64,000 nucleotides of DNA from Trichosphaerium sp. ATCC 40318 (lineage: Eukaryota; Protista; Tubulinea). The notes under the pieces were generated by a model that was given only the letters and a program-made list of their open reading frames with translations, searched no databases and was not told the origin of the DNA. Numbering within the stretch: position 1 is the stretch's first letter; each line of letters opens with the position of its first letter. The translations under genes were made by a program, and so were the position numbers. Below are positions 27,095-40,545 of the stretch, in pieces. The stretch lies in the NCBI GenBank assembly GCA_038496445.1, contig JALMLS010000285.1:62001-126000 (forward strand), in the 5' to 3' direction.

Positions 27095-30000
27095 ATGGCA
27101 ACGACGACTGTGACTAAGCGTATAGCGGTTATGACGAGCGGCGGTGACGCCCAGGGCATGAACGCTGCGGTTAGAGCTGTTGTAAGAAAGGGGTAATGTT
27201 CACACTTTTTACTCTGTAAAACTTTGCTCATGAAATCGTTACAGCATCGTAGAAGGCGCTGAGGTGTTTGCCATTTATGAAGGATACTCTGGCATGGTTC
27301 GTGGTGGGGATTCTATCAAAAAACTTGCCTGGGATGACGTTGGCGGTGTTCTACAAGAGGTACATGGCGTAGTTCGTTTTTTTTTGGGTTGTACTTTACC
27401 GACACTTTACGACTATTCTTACAGTGCTCAGGGCGGTACTTTTATAGGCTCTTCGCGTTGCGCAGAGTTTAGGACCAAGGAGGGACGTCAAACAGCAGTA
27501 CTTAATCTTATTACAAACGGCATTGACAGACTCATATGCATTGGTGGCGATGGTACACTAAACGGGAAAAAATCGTTTTCCGATTTGGCGAGGCGCTAAA
27601 ACCTTTAAGGTAGTTTAACTGGCGCTAACATCTTAATGAAGGAGTGGCCTACGCACGTTGAGGCGCTCTTTAAAGCGAAAAAAATTACAAAAAATACAAA
27701 AGTGCGTATTTTCCGCCGTGACGTCACGGAAACCGTGCTTATTTAGGTGCTTAGGACAACCACGCACGCTTACGTATTGTTGGCCTGGTAGGATCGATTG
27801 ATAACGACATGGTTGGCACAGAGTGGACTATTGGTTGTGGTGTGTACTCGTTTTTCTTACACTTCTTCATCCATCTTACTTCATTTCTTAAGATTCTGCT
27901 TTGACCAGAATTGTTGAAGCCATAGATGCCATTAGTAATACTGCCGCCTCTCATCAACGTACTTTCATCATTGAGGTTATGGGAAGAAACTGTGGTTGGC
28001 TGGTGAGTTATTCTTAGGTGAACTGTGTTTGTTGAGTATAATTTTAAGGCACTCATGGCAGCTATTGCTACTGGAGCAGATTGGTTTTTTATTCCTGAAA
28101 TGCCTCCTCCAGACACGTGGCAAACAGAAATTGTCAAAGATTTGAAAGATGTATGTCAATAGAGCATGTAAGTGGTTCAATGTATTTAATTTCTTGTAGC
28201 GCAAAGCTCTTGGTAGAAGACAAAATCTTGTAGTACTTGCTGAAGGTGCTAAAGATAGATCCGGTAATAATATTAGCGCTGAACAGGTCCTGAGACCCTT
28301 TGACAATCTTGGATTATATTGATATTTATGTAGGTCAAAAAGTTGCTCGAAGGTGGTCTTGGTGCTTGTACGATTGTTTCACTATACTATAAATCTGACC
28401 TGTATGTAGCTGTGCGTATTACTGTCCTTGGACACGTTCAAAGAGGAGGAAATCCATCTTGTTTTGATCGAGTTATTGTGCGTTCCTTAACTTGCCCATA
28501 TTAAAATTTAACTACTTCCAGTCAACTGTCAAAGGTATCCGTGCTGTAGAAGTAGCTTTACAAGACAGCGAGAAGGATGAAGCTTTCCTTGTTGGTATCG
28601 AAAACTTTTTACCTGTAGTGCGGCCTCTTATGGAGTTTGTCGAAAAGGTAAGCATTTACTGTGTCATCTTTTGTTAACTCTACAAGACCCAATCCGTAGC
28701 TAAACTCACAGCAACTAAACAATTCGACGAAGCTATGAAGATGAGAGGCGAAGGTTATATTTATGCTTACGAGATGCAATGCAGAATTGCAAGAACTCCA
28801 AGCCCAGTTGTTGTTAAAAAGGTACTAGCACTAGCCGGTTTTGAGTCTATTCTTAAAAGATCCTAGAAACACGCTTTCGCCATTATGCATATTGGTGCAC
28901 CAGCGCCAGGTATTAATAACGCTACGAGAGGAGCTGTTCGATGGATAATGCAAGCTGGTGCGCTTAGAATTGATGTAAGTTTCACCTAATAGTTGCATAG
29001 GTCATGACGCTTTTGGAATTCAAGGAGGTGTAGAAGGATTGGCTAAGGGTAATCTAAAGCCTATGGGATGGATGGACGTAGATGGATGGGCGAGAAAAGG
29101 TGGATGTTATCTAGGAACTACAAGAACACAACCAGGAGATATGCTTGCTGATATGTCCAAACACTTGATCGAAAACCAGATAAAGGTTGATTCTTTTGTG
29201 TTTTTCCTTAGTGATTATTTTGTAGGGATTGGTTATCATCGGTGGTTGGGAAGCCTATGCTGCTATGATTACAATGTGGGAAGCTCGGTATGTTATAATA
29301 ACAACTTATTGATTTAAACACGCTTACAGTAGTTGTTTAGTAAGGTACATAAGGGATTCAATATTTCACTTATTTGCGTCCCTGCTACTATTTCAAATAA
29401 CTGCCCTGCGACACGAGTCTCTATTGGTTCTGATACAGCCCTAAATGTTATTGTTAGAGTACGTTGAACTTATTAGTAGTAGCATTTTAAAACTCATCAA
29501 TATGTAGTCTGCGGATACAGTTAAGCAATCGGCATATGCTACGGGCAACAGAGTATTTGTGATGGAAGTCATGGGTGGCAGGTATGCTTGGTTAAACAAT
29601 ATTTTATTTAAAACTAATTCATCGAAGATGTGGTTACTTGGGCTTATTAGGTGCTATTGGTGGTGGTGCACAATCAACATATTTACCTGATCCACCAAGC
29701 GGTACTCCAATCAGGCTTAGCCGTTTAGCGAGAGATATTGCAAAGTTCAAGGTACATTCCTATTTCTTTATCCTCGGCTTACTTTGTTAGTCACGTGCTA
29801 CTACATACCATCGCTCAGCTAGTCTTGTTATAAATTGTGAAAAAGCAAGCTCTACTTATGATACCATTACTTTGCGTAAAATTTTTGAAGAGGAGAGTGA
29901 TGGCATGTTTAGTGTAAGACATCTTGTTGTAGGACACATTCAACAGGTAACCAAAAAATCAAACTGAATAATTATCTTATTGCATACCTAGGGTAATACA

Positions 30001-30321
30001 CCATCTCCTCAGGATAGAATTTCAGCCGTATTTGCTACTAGAAAAGCGGCGTGCATGGCTATTGGTAACGTTGACTCTCCTGTCTGTGGAGCCATATGTA
30101 CGTAGCATTCCGAATCTACTGAAGTATCCCAAAACTGATTTTTTATTGCTACAGATATTTCTACAGAAGGTGCCAAGTTTGTTGACTTGAAAGACTTCAA
30201 ATCTAACATGGATTTTACAAATCGCCGTCCAAAAGAACAATGGTGGCAAGAGCTTTTACAGGTTGTAGGTCAACTTAGAAGGCGTCCAGAAAAGTATGTT
30301 AAGCCTATTGTTGTTTGTTGA
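27095..30321 (+). CDS. PFK: ATP-dependent 6-phosphofructokinase (eukaryotic tandem-duplicated type)
   Basis: [50 protein letters not shown]; second half GAPAPG.N, PATISNN, EVMGGRCGYL, GHIQQG. Confidence 0.97.
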
Positions 30322-30571
30322 ACTAACACAATATCTGTAGATTTCAATGTGAAACTTGTAAAAAGTGAGCTGGCCATAGACTATAAGGCGTGTTTCGTTT
30401 ACCAAATAAAACTGTTGTGCTTGCTTATAAATGTTGTATGTTGATTCGCTCAATGGTGGTATAGACAATTAATTATGTAACAAGAAAAACAACATGAGAA
30501 AATCGCTCTGGGGTCAATCATATTCTCCAATTCTTTTCGCAGCGAAAGCAACAGACACATCTCAATCTGAC

Positions 30572-33261
30572 ATGAAGAAGCAAACTACTCTTAATTTTAA
30601 TACTGGTGGAAAAACGCAAGCAAGTTCGAAGAAGAGACCACCTCCTGAATCAAAAGACACGCCACCACGCAAAAAGGCTAAGAGAGAGGGCAAAGAAGAG
30701 AGTTCCGTAGAGGAAATTGAAAATGTACTTAATTATTGTAACGGTTTGCATTAAATGTTGTTTAGTGGTCTGATGATGATCTACCAGTGAAACCTGGGCT
30801 TGTGGCACCAACAAAAGCAGAAAAGAAGCCAATCACTAACGCCTTTCGCCAATACGCGTCTAAAAGGGCTGCTAATAGCCCCTCAGTACCAACATGGTAC
30901 TACAACGCCGGTAAATCATGGAGCGCGTACACAACGGCTACAAGCGCCCGAATTGAAGCTGCATATAAATCACGCAAGCAGCACGTTGTCAGAGTGGACG
31001 GTTTGCGATTTGTTGATTTGTCAAAACTGATACAACGGTACGGATCCATCTCAACAACAATGGTAGTAATAACTAACTGGCGTTTACAGCCGTTATGACG
31101 ATTACTTTTCCACGCGCTGTCGTAGTATAAAGCGTGAAGGTCCTGGAGGCGCAGCCAAGCCCATAGCACCTGTGACAATAACGACACCAATCAATTTCCA
31201 GTGGGCATGGCGAAACGATAAGGGCGCTATGATACCATACGAGCCAGCTGTAAATGCTGTTTTAGAGGAAGCCTACAAAAGGAAACACCCAAAGTGTTCC
31301 GTAGACAAGTGCGTAGACTATGCTTCTTTTCAGAAAACATTGTCTTAGTCACGTTTATAGGGAGAGGTTTGTTGAATTTAAGACAATGTCACAAAGAAGG
31401 ATGGATAATCCTGGTAAATGCCGTATTGTTAAGCGTCAGCATGTAAAAGTGCCTACAACGCCAGCTAATGTTGCAGCAAATATACCAGCTGATTTAACGC
31501 CTGTATGGTCGTGGCTTAGAAATGATAACGTTTGGGTACACCATGTGCAGCATTTTTTTTTCTTCTCTGCTCTTTTTTTTTATTGTCTTTTTGTTTGAAG
31601 ATTGTGGACTTGCAACCTTGTATTAAATGTTGTGTTAAGGTTCCATATGCCAAAGAAATTATAGAGAATATCGAGAGAGCTTTTATACATAAAGATGAGA
31701 CTAAAGTCAGAGTTGACGATGAGCGTTATGTTGATCTAGTTAATTTTCTTCAGAGGTAACTCATTTCAGCTCTTCACTTACCAAACGTTATTGTTTTGTT
31801 TCTTTTTCTACAATTGTACTAACTTTGTTAAAAAGGAGGTATGATGGGTTTGATAGAAAGAGATATATCAAGCGGACAATACCTTTCAGAGTGAGTTACT
31901 CATTTCATTTTTTTCTTCTAACCAATCTATCTATCAAGAAAATTCAAGCTTCTGATGACCTTACGCCAGCACAAAAACAACGTGCAGAGAGGAGCCGCAA
32001 AGAAGCACTAAAGAGGTTAGCTATACTAAATGAAAAAAAGAAACAGCAAGGATTCTACTCTAAGAATAAACCGCCTGTGAAAAAAAGTCCATATTTCAAC
32101 AAATCAAAAAAACCTACTGGAAAAAAAGCTATTCTATATGATGTCATGAATGATGATGACGATGATGTATTGATATTATCAGCGTCAGATATCCCAAAAA
32201 CAGAAGACAAGGAGAACTACATAGTAGTTAACTTTGATAGCGATTCAGGTGACTTCAAAACTAAAATTATTTTTCTTTTTCTGGTTCAACTTTTTGCTAA
32301 CATACTCTCAAGATGGCGAGTCTGAATCAGTTGTTGATGATCCTCTTAAAGACAAAGACGTTCTTCGCGCTGAAAGGCGTAAAAAATACAAATGTGGTGA
32401 TAAATTCACAGTGCTTGCAGATGTACCAACATGGGCACAAACACTAGTTCATGTGAGTTATTATCTTTTTTCTTTTGTTGTTCAACTTTGTGCCTGTCTT
32501 ACAATTCTATTACTTAGAAAAAAGCTGTTGCTGCTGAGGAACCAAAATTTGAGCCTAGCAATGAAATGAATACTATCGTATCAATATGGAAAGGTGACAT
32601 AACTTCGTTAGGTATAGTTTGTTAAAATTGCTACAGGGTTTCTTTTTTAACATAAACTTGTAGAGGTGGATGCAATTGTTAATGCAGCCAAGCCTTCACT
32701 TTTGGGTGGTGGAGGTATTGATGGAGCTATACATAAAGCTGCAGGAAAGGGTCTTGTAAATGAATGCGCTTTAATAGGTGGTTGTGATCCTGGGGAGGCA
32801 AAGGTACTGAAAGGACTAAAGTGAAGTTGAACCAGTTTTTTTGTTTCCACAAATCTAACTCGAAAATAGATCACCTTGGGTTACAAACTACCTGCACTTC
32901 GCGTTATACATACTGTTGGACCTATTGGAGAAGATGCAGATACTCTACAAAAATGCTACATTAACAGGTATTTGTTTTTTCTTTCTCCAATACATGATTT
33001 TTCTCACTTTTTTCTAGTTTAAACAAAGCCAAGAAAAGGAAATTGAAGACCATTGCGTTTTGTTGTATATCAACTGGTATTTATGGATATCCAAATAAAG
33101 AAGCTGCACATGTTGCTTTAAAGACAGTGAGAACTTGGCTTGAAGATGAAGACAACAAATCTGCTATGAAACGCATTGTTTTTTGCGTCTTTTTGAAGAA
33201 AGATGCTATTCTGTACAGTAATTTGATGAAGAAATATTACTTCTCAGCAGTACCAGAATAA
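30572..33261 (+). CDS. Three WWE domains + MacroD-type ADP-ribose hydrolase macrodomain
   Basis: Three W.W/Y....W..Y......IE.AY.......RFVD...QRR units; macrodomain [56 protein letters not shown]. Alternative start at 30494. Confidence 0.88.
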
Positions 33262-33606
33262 TTTCACTGTAATAAAGTATTATTAGATAAACTCTCATAT
33301 TGATGAAGTCTGCTGCAATTTTTTTTTCACGTGAACCTGGAAAACCTTCACGTGATTTTGCTTTTTGGTTGCTACACCAAAGTCTGTTTAAAGTACCCAC
33401 CACGTTCATTTGCAAAGTTTTAAGTTATTAAAATAGACTTGTGCTTTAGAGAACATCAACGTGTCAAATCAAAACAAAATAAAAAAAAGTGTAAACATCT
33501 TTGCAAAGAATCTCCCAGTACACAAATCCATTAATATATCACTTTATTGTAAACTCTTGTACATTTACTACCATGTCTTGGTTTCTTTTGTAACCAGCCA
33601 ATTCTG

Positions 33607-34995
33607 TTATCTCTCTGTGTCAATTGTAACAATAGTACCAATTCGGCTATTGGTTTTATTATTAAGCCTATAAGGGTAAATGATATTCCGTATTTTAGGA
33701 ACAAAGATCGCCACAGCCGCTACGACCACAACCAATACGATAACTATTACGACTAAAATCATAACCAAAGCGAGTGGACCACTATTCTGTTCATCTTCGT
33801 TACATGCACTTCCAATAAGTACAATCAATTGACCAACTTGATTAATTCCTACGCCATGAGTATAAGTGAAAAAAAAGTCGAAGTTTTTTATGAAAGTTCT
33901 CGAACCTTCTTTAAAGCAAGCATCTGACCTTGATAGTGTTACATTATCTAAATCTATTTCACAAGCATCCGTTGAATTTATAAGAGGTATTGTTGAAGCA
34001 GACTGTGCGAAAGAGTTAAGTTAGAAAAAGGATCAAATCAAGTCTTCTGAGACAAACGTACATCATCTTGTATGTCTATCGTTATATTCCCTTGAAAAGT
34101 GACGCAACCACCAATAGAAATACTTGATTCACCAGAAGCAGTTAGTGTTGTATTACCCAGAAATATGATATCTCCTACACGTAGAAATTGTCAGTAAGGA
34201 TTATTTTATTTTGTCGTTGAAACTGAATAAACCAAAAGTACCAGGAACAATGACTGTTTCATCAATTACAGAAGCATCACCGTCAACATAGGCTGGTGGA
34301 TGTTTTTCGTCACTACAAACTAAAGCTCTCGCTTTTCCACAAGGAATATCATTTAAACCTGTAAACGGTCACGTGATTAGCCTTATTTTTATTAATTTTA
34401 TTCGTACCTCCACGCCTACTCTCCATACATCTCTCAGGTTCTCCGTTGTCGTCTACAAAACTTGGTTGACCAATGAGGAAGTTTTCATTCAGAAATTGTG
34501 GAACATCGTCATCGTATGATGTGAATAGAGTGGTTTTAGTAAATGACGTGTTGTCACTTTGCCAGTAAAAAGTTGACAACGCTTCAACACATTTTGTACA
34601 GTTTCCTCCTTGTCTACAGTCACTGCATGTATTGGAAGAATAGTTCCGTGGTCCAACACGCTCTGCGTTTAGCCAATAACCTCTTGACCCAACAGCAGGA
34701 GGAAGTTTATCTTGAAACTCTCTTGTTCTGGCTTCTACAATAGTCGAGTTCCTACATGAAGTTTGTACCGTTATGTCGATAATAAAATAAAAAAACGAAC
34801 AATTAGTAACACAGACGCTAGTTATGAATTGGGTTGAGAAAAAAAGCGATTTTTAATATGTTACCACGTGTAAGCGTACCTCATAGTGCATTCATCACCC
34901 CCTTTTTTAAAATCCATTCTTTTGGTGGAAATCTCTACTGGTAACAGCAACAATAACGATATAAGTAGAAAACCTGCTTTATATAGATACGCCAT
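33607..34995 (-). CDS. Type I membrane protein with C-type lectin-like domain
   Basis: Signal peptide MAYLYKAGFLLISLLLLLP; GQPS..GEPERCME..LNDIPCGKARALVC (CTLD C-terminal pattern); beta-rich stalk; TM and short tail. Confidence 0.65.
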
Positions 34996-35124
34996 GTCGT
35001 TTTATGATACGAAAAGTTACGAATGATCACAAGATTTTGGCTGGCAAAAGTCAACAACGAAAAGCTGTCATTGCTGATGGGTGTTACTGTGTGTTACACG
35101 CTTAAATAAATATTCATCCTCCAT

Positions 35125-36468
35125 TTAGATGATGGACTTTACAGCAAGCTGTAAGGTTCTATAAATTTGTTAAGAAGAAAGAAAAATGTAAAAGAGTAAA
35201 AGTATGTACAGTTGTTGTGATTTTTTTAACCAGGCTTTGTTAAATCTTTTCATTTCCCAAATCACATCTGGGTACAATTGTTGTAAAGCGGCTGGGTAGT
35301 ACCTATACATGTATTTTCCCCCGAGAAATTCAAGTTGTCTCGTAGAAACACGGTACCTAATCCCAATCAGACTATAAAAATAAAAACTACAAAGTTCATA
35401 AGTTACCATTCAGAAGGCGAACTGATACCATAATGCGCTCTTACACGCTTCAAAAATTGAACCTGACTCTGCATAGTACTCCAGCGACCATTGCGCCTTT
35501 TTTTGGGTGGAAAAAGCCGTTCAAGTGCGTTTGGTAGACTTGTGTACCTAAAAAGAAAAGAATTAATATAATTTCAGATACAAAAGAAAAGAAAGACCTT
35601 GCTAAGATTGTTTCTCCTCCAGCATCAACAATTTGATCCCTGGTGACATGATTCCAACATTCCTTCTCGTAAACACGTAATTGTTGTCCAATGACATTAA
35701 ACATATCTCTCTGGCGAGTGAGGCTGTCCCAGTAGTCAATAGGTAAGAATCTACCAAGAATGAGGTTTTTATCGATTATTTTTACCGCTTGGACTCACGA
35801 AAACTTCCAAGGGAGCCAATTATGTGTTGGGTATAACGCTTGCAAACACTTCGACAACGACAAATTGTACCTGTGTAAAAAGTCAACAAACCTATTATTC
35901 ACTTGCACTTATCGATATGCTAGTGCACTACGGGTGTACTTACATGCGTAAAACAGCGTATCCTTCTGGTGTCTTCTCAAACACGCCCTGTGGTACTTTG
36001 TACCAACCATCAAGATTCTTGACATTTAATTTTTTGGCAGTAGTGTTAACGACTGTTTGTTGGTGTTCAATTTGAGTCCAATGGCGTTGAGGTGCTTTTC
36101 TAATGCAATGTTTAGATGTAACAATGTGTTGTGTGCCCTCGTACTTGAAGCGCCATAGTGCCCACGCATAGCGTGGATATACGTCCTGCAGAGCTTTTGA
36201 AACAGAATTACCGTATCTACAACGCGTTAGACAAAAAGAGTGCAAATTGCTGTTGTGCTGACACGCTTAGTACGCCCCCACCACCTTTGGCGTGAATTTG
36301 TCGCGCTGTAGCATTATACCAAGCTTCTAAGTGCGTTACGCCAAGTTTTTTGCCAAGTTTATCAAACGCTTTCGCTCTATTGTCTATACGCGTCCAAGTA
36401 CCTCTGTATCAATTAGAAGAAGCTTTTTCTCTGCCAAGAACTTACCGACAAACTGCGTTTGTGCTCAT
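35125..36468 (-). CDS. Trp-rich tandem-repeat protein (4 repeats), nuclease domain absent (paralog C)
   Basis: Hand-spliced MSTNAVCRGTW..RAKAFDKLGKKLGVTHLEAWY..; four repeats including the capping repeat, then KSQQLTLQLAVKSII-stop where the paralogs continue into the nuclease. Confidence 0.75.
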
Positions 36469-36708
36469 CACTGTCACATTGCTCTTTTGAAGTTAACGTG
36501 CTGTGGCTCTGCTTCACGTGGGCGGTTGACTTTTTTTTTATTGTGGCTTAACAGCTCGTTAGAAGTCTTGTTCGCCAGTTTTCCAGCTCCATCAGCAAGT
36601 GATTACCATTTGGTCGTGTAATTTGACATTACATCCAAACGTTGGCATACAACGCTCATGGCGATGGAATTATTATTTATACAGTCTATACGTCAGTTGT
36701 AGTAACCA

Positions 36709-39272
36709 ATGTAAGTCTTTTAGCCTGTTCGCACCCAAACAGCTTACAATTACGCGTTAGGCGCGTCTATCACCTTCAAGTAATTAATAATGTGGCTGAA
36801 CAGCTTAAACTCAAACACCTTGATGAATGGTACTCAACACCAACAAAAGACGTAGTAACACACGGCGGTGGTAGTACACTAGCGTAAGTCTTTACCACAT
36901 CGGGTAAAAACGCGTAATAACGCTTTACATAAATTTTAGATACTTCCAAAACTCAGTTTCAGTATGCTTACATACGCTGTATCCTAACCACAAATGGATT
37001 CCTTGGAAATTTGCGTACGACAGCTGTATTTCACATAAAGAAATAACTTCCAAAACAAGAAAAGTACCAAGGCAGTTTTGGAGCAGTATCAAGAACCAAA
37101 GAGCTCTATTAAACCATATTGGTAAAGAAAATAGTTTAAAGCATCTAGATGATTGGTATAAACTTGAATTTGATCACGTGTTTAATAATGCAAGCGCACT
37201 CTTGAAGTAAGTCTTCTTCCAACCGCAAACATACACGACTACAATTACTAATGACACTTCGTAGCCACTACTATGATGGATCGCGATTGTATTTATTGGA
37301 GAGCGTGTTTCCAAAGCATAGTTGGGATCCAAGTAGATTTATGTACGTCCCATAGTTATCACTCTTTATGCTTACTAAAAATAACAGCAACTTGCGTGAA
37401 TCGACAAAATCTAAAAGTAACGAAGGCTACATCAATACTTTAGCTCAAAGACTAAATGTTAAGTGTCTTGATGATTGGTATGCTGTAAATAATACAGATT
37501 TATACCGTCACGGTGGAGACAGGATGAGGTTAATACTCAACACAATACAATTCTAAATATCAACATAGGAACATTGTAAATAGCTCTTTAATGACGCTTC
37601 TCACTAGAATGTATCCGCGCCACAACTGGTCAGCAAGTAGCACGTATGTATGCTATATCTTTCTTTTACTCATCTTGTATTTGTAGAAATAACCTAAAAG
37701 ACAACGATCAAAAGAAAATGATACTAGAGAAAACTGCTAAAAAGCTAAATATAAAAACATTAGATGACTGGTATATTGTATCTTATGATGCGTTTACCAG
37801 TCAAGGTGCAAACGGGTTTCTCATGTAAGTAATACCTATAACATATAACACTAACAAGTATCATTCAGGGATGAATACAACGGGTCTATTATTGAATGTG
37901 TGGCTAGTGTCTATCCTGGACACGAATGGAATAAAAATCGTTTCAAGTACGTCATTGAGTTACTGACTAAACGAAACCTTAATGTTTCTTAGATCTTCTA
38001 GTTCTCTTAATAAAAATGAACGTAAAGAATTATTTGATAAGATTGCTGCAAAGCTAAAAATAAAGGAGATAGAACAGTGGTATAGTATTGAGTTTAGCAA
38101 AGTTTTAAAAAATGGAGCAAGAAAAATAATGTCGTAAGTGAAGCTTTTCGTTTTTTTTTGTAGACTTGCTTAACACTTGTTCGTTGATCTTGTTATTTTA
38201 AGAAATCTATGTAATGGTGATGCATTACATTCTTTACTATCTCAAATATATCCACATCAACAGTGGTCTCCATGGAAGTTCATGTAAGAATAGTATTTGT
38301 AACGTTTTTCTTATACCACTTTTTGCAAGGTCATCACAAGGATATTGGCGTTATGTTAGCAACCAAAGAGATTTTCTACTCTCTGCTCAGAAGCATCTTG
38401 GAATTGAGGAACCTGAAGAATGGTATAGTGATTATTTTGGGTTGGCGGCCTAATATAGTGAAGGTATCGCGTTTCAACACAGCAAATACGAGACTTGGGA
38501 GGTCAAGGTATCTTGACGTATTGGCCACAAGTTCTGGTACGCGATTCCTTCAGTTGTTAAGACCTAACACGTACAAAAGTTGCGTATCGAGCCTGAGTTT
38601 CCATGGAAATGGAAGAAGTTCTCTTATTGGCAAGGCAGACTATCAAAGCAACGGTACATTTACACAAGTTTTAGTGATGTTTGTTTGTTTATTAGAGTTG
38701 TAGGCAGCTAATTAAGTGTTTGCAAGTAATTTTCCCACGTGCGCAAGTACTTGAAGAACACGTTATAGATTTAAGTGCAAGCAACCAAGAGAGAGTCACT
38801 CTTGATGTGTACATACCGGAGTTTCATCTAGCACTTGAATATCAAGGTAAACTGACGAACCGATTTGCGTTCTTTCTGACATACGTCATTAGGAGAGCAT
38901 CACTATAGGGATGGAGTATTCTTCACTGATCAATTTTCAGCCATTCAACGCACAAGGGATACAGAAAAGCTTCAAAAATGCTCAGACATAGGTATGTTTC
39001 ATAGACGATACTGTTTTTACGAAAGGGATTAACCTAACGTAGGAATTTGCTTGGTTCATATCCCTTATTGGTGGGGCGGTGGTATAGACGAGATTGTCAT
39101 GACACTGCGTTCAAATGCAAGTCATATTGACTTGTCAGACATAAAGTGCCAGAGTGACGCAAAACCATTAATGGCATTACCTGAAGAGACCAACGTACCC
39201 TCAAAGGGTATAAACCTAATGTTTCCGAATAGTAATCAAAACATGCATTCTCCTTTGTACGCTACTCAATAA
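36709..39272 (+). CDS. Trp-rich tandem-repeat protein (6 repeats) with C-terminal PD-(D/E)XK nuclease (paralog D)
   Basis: Six repeats with the L.K.LD(D/E)WY..G(G/A)..Y..S..L...YP.H.W...F pattern; C-terminus LDVYIPEFHLALEYQGEHHY..RDTEKLQKC..GICLVHIPYWW. Confidence 0.87.
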
Positions 39273-39551
39273 AACTACATGTACAATTAAAACCGGAGGC
39301 GGTTTTGGTAATTTTTGTGCAAAAGAAGAAAGAGCAGACAAGTTTCCGTAGTTGTAATGGTGTGAGGCTGATATGTTTATTCTTGAAACTTGGGCCATTG
39401 TAGCTTGTCGGAAACTGTTCCACATTATTTCTTCTAAAAAGAATCTATTTTTAAATTTAGAATTTCAATGAATGATACGAAAATAAAGTTAGACACAAAT
39501 CAACAAAGCATACTTGCAACACAATAACTCAGCAACAACAAACATAAAGCT

Positions 39552-40276
39552 ATGACAGAATACAAACTAGTAATCGTAGGTGGCGGTGGTGTTGGTAAAT
39601 CCGCACTTACAATTCAACTTATCCAAAACCAATTTGTTGATGAGTACGCACCTTAACTTGACTGTTTTAAAGCGTTTTATCTTATAATAAGTAGATACGA
39701 CCCAACAATTGAAGACAGTTACCGCAAACAAGTCGTCATCGATGGTGAAGTATCATTATTGGATATTCTCGATACTGCCGGCCAAGACGAGTACTCCGCA
39801 ATGAGAGATCAGGTAAAGCACCGTTTTGTACGAATTAACGTCTAATATATCGATTAGTACATGAGAACTGGCACTGGGTTTCTCCTTACATACTCGATAA
39901 CGAGTTCGAGCAGTTTCGACGAAGTAAACAGATTCAGAGAACAAATTCTAAGGTGAGTTTTTGCCCATGTTTAGTAACGCGCGGTTTTGTTCCAATTTCT
40001 CACTTTCTTTTTTTTAGAGTCAAAGATAAAGACAGAGTTCCAATGGTATTGATTGGAAACAAAGCTGATCTTGAGATCGAAAGACAAGTTACTACAACAG
40101 AAGGCGAAGCTGTCGCTAAGAACTATTGTATACCTTTTTTTGAATGCTCTGCTATGACACGACAAAATGTTGAAGAGGCTTTCTTTGAACTTGTTAGAGA
40201 AGTAAGGAAGGTAGATGCCCCTGTAAACAAAAAGGCTTCAAAGACAAAAAAATCCAAACGATGCTCAATACTTTGA
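39552..40276 (+). CDS. ras: Ras small GTPase
   Basis: [44 protein letters not shown]; CaaX end CSIL. Confidence 0.98.
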
Positions 40277-40545
40277 ATGCCTTGCCAAAAAACTTTTACT
40301 GTACAATAAAACCTTATGTATTCTCGAAATACTCGTACTTTTTTCGATATCTAGTTTATTCAAGAAGTTGTTTTGGTATCACGCGGTTTCGTATCTGATT
40401 ACTACCAACTATCCCTTTTGGTGATACTAATCAAAGCACGTTACATGAGTTTCAGTCGAGAGTAGATTGGTCCGTGTTGGTCTGGAAAAAACTACGTTGA
40501 ACAAAACACATTGGACAATACATTTTATTTACAATAAGGTTGAAC

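Noticed and set aside
28478-28520. TTCCTTAAC (U12 branch-like) in a PFK intron
   Set aside because: It lies next to the donor rather than the acceptor, and the donor GTGCGT is U2-type.
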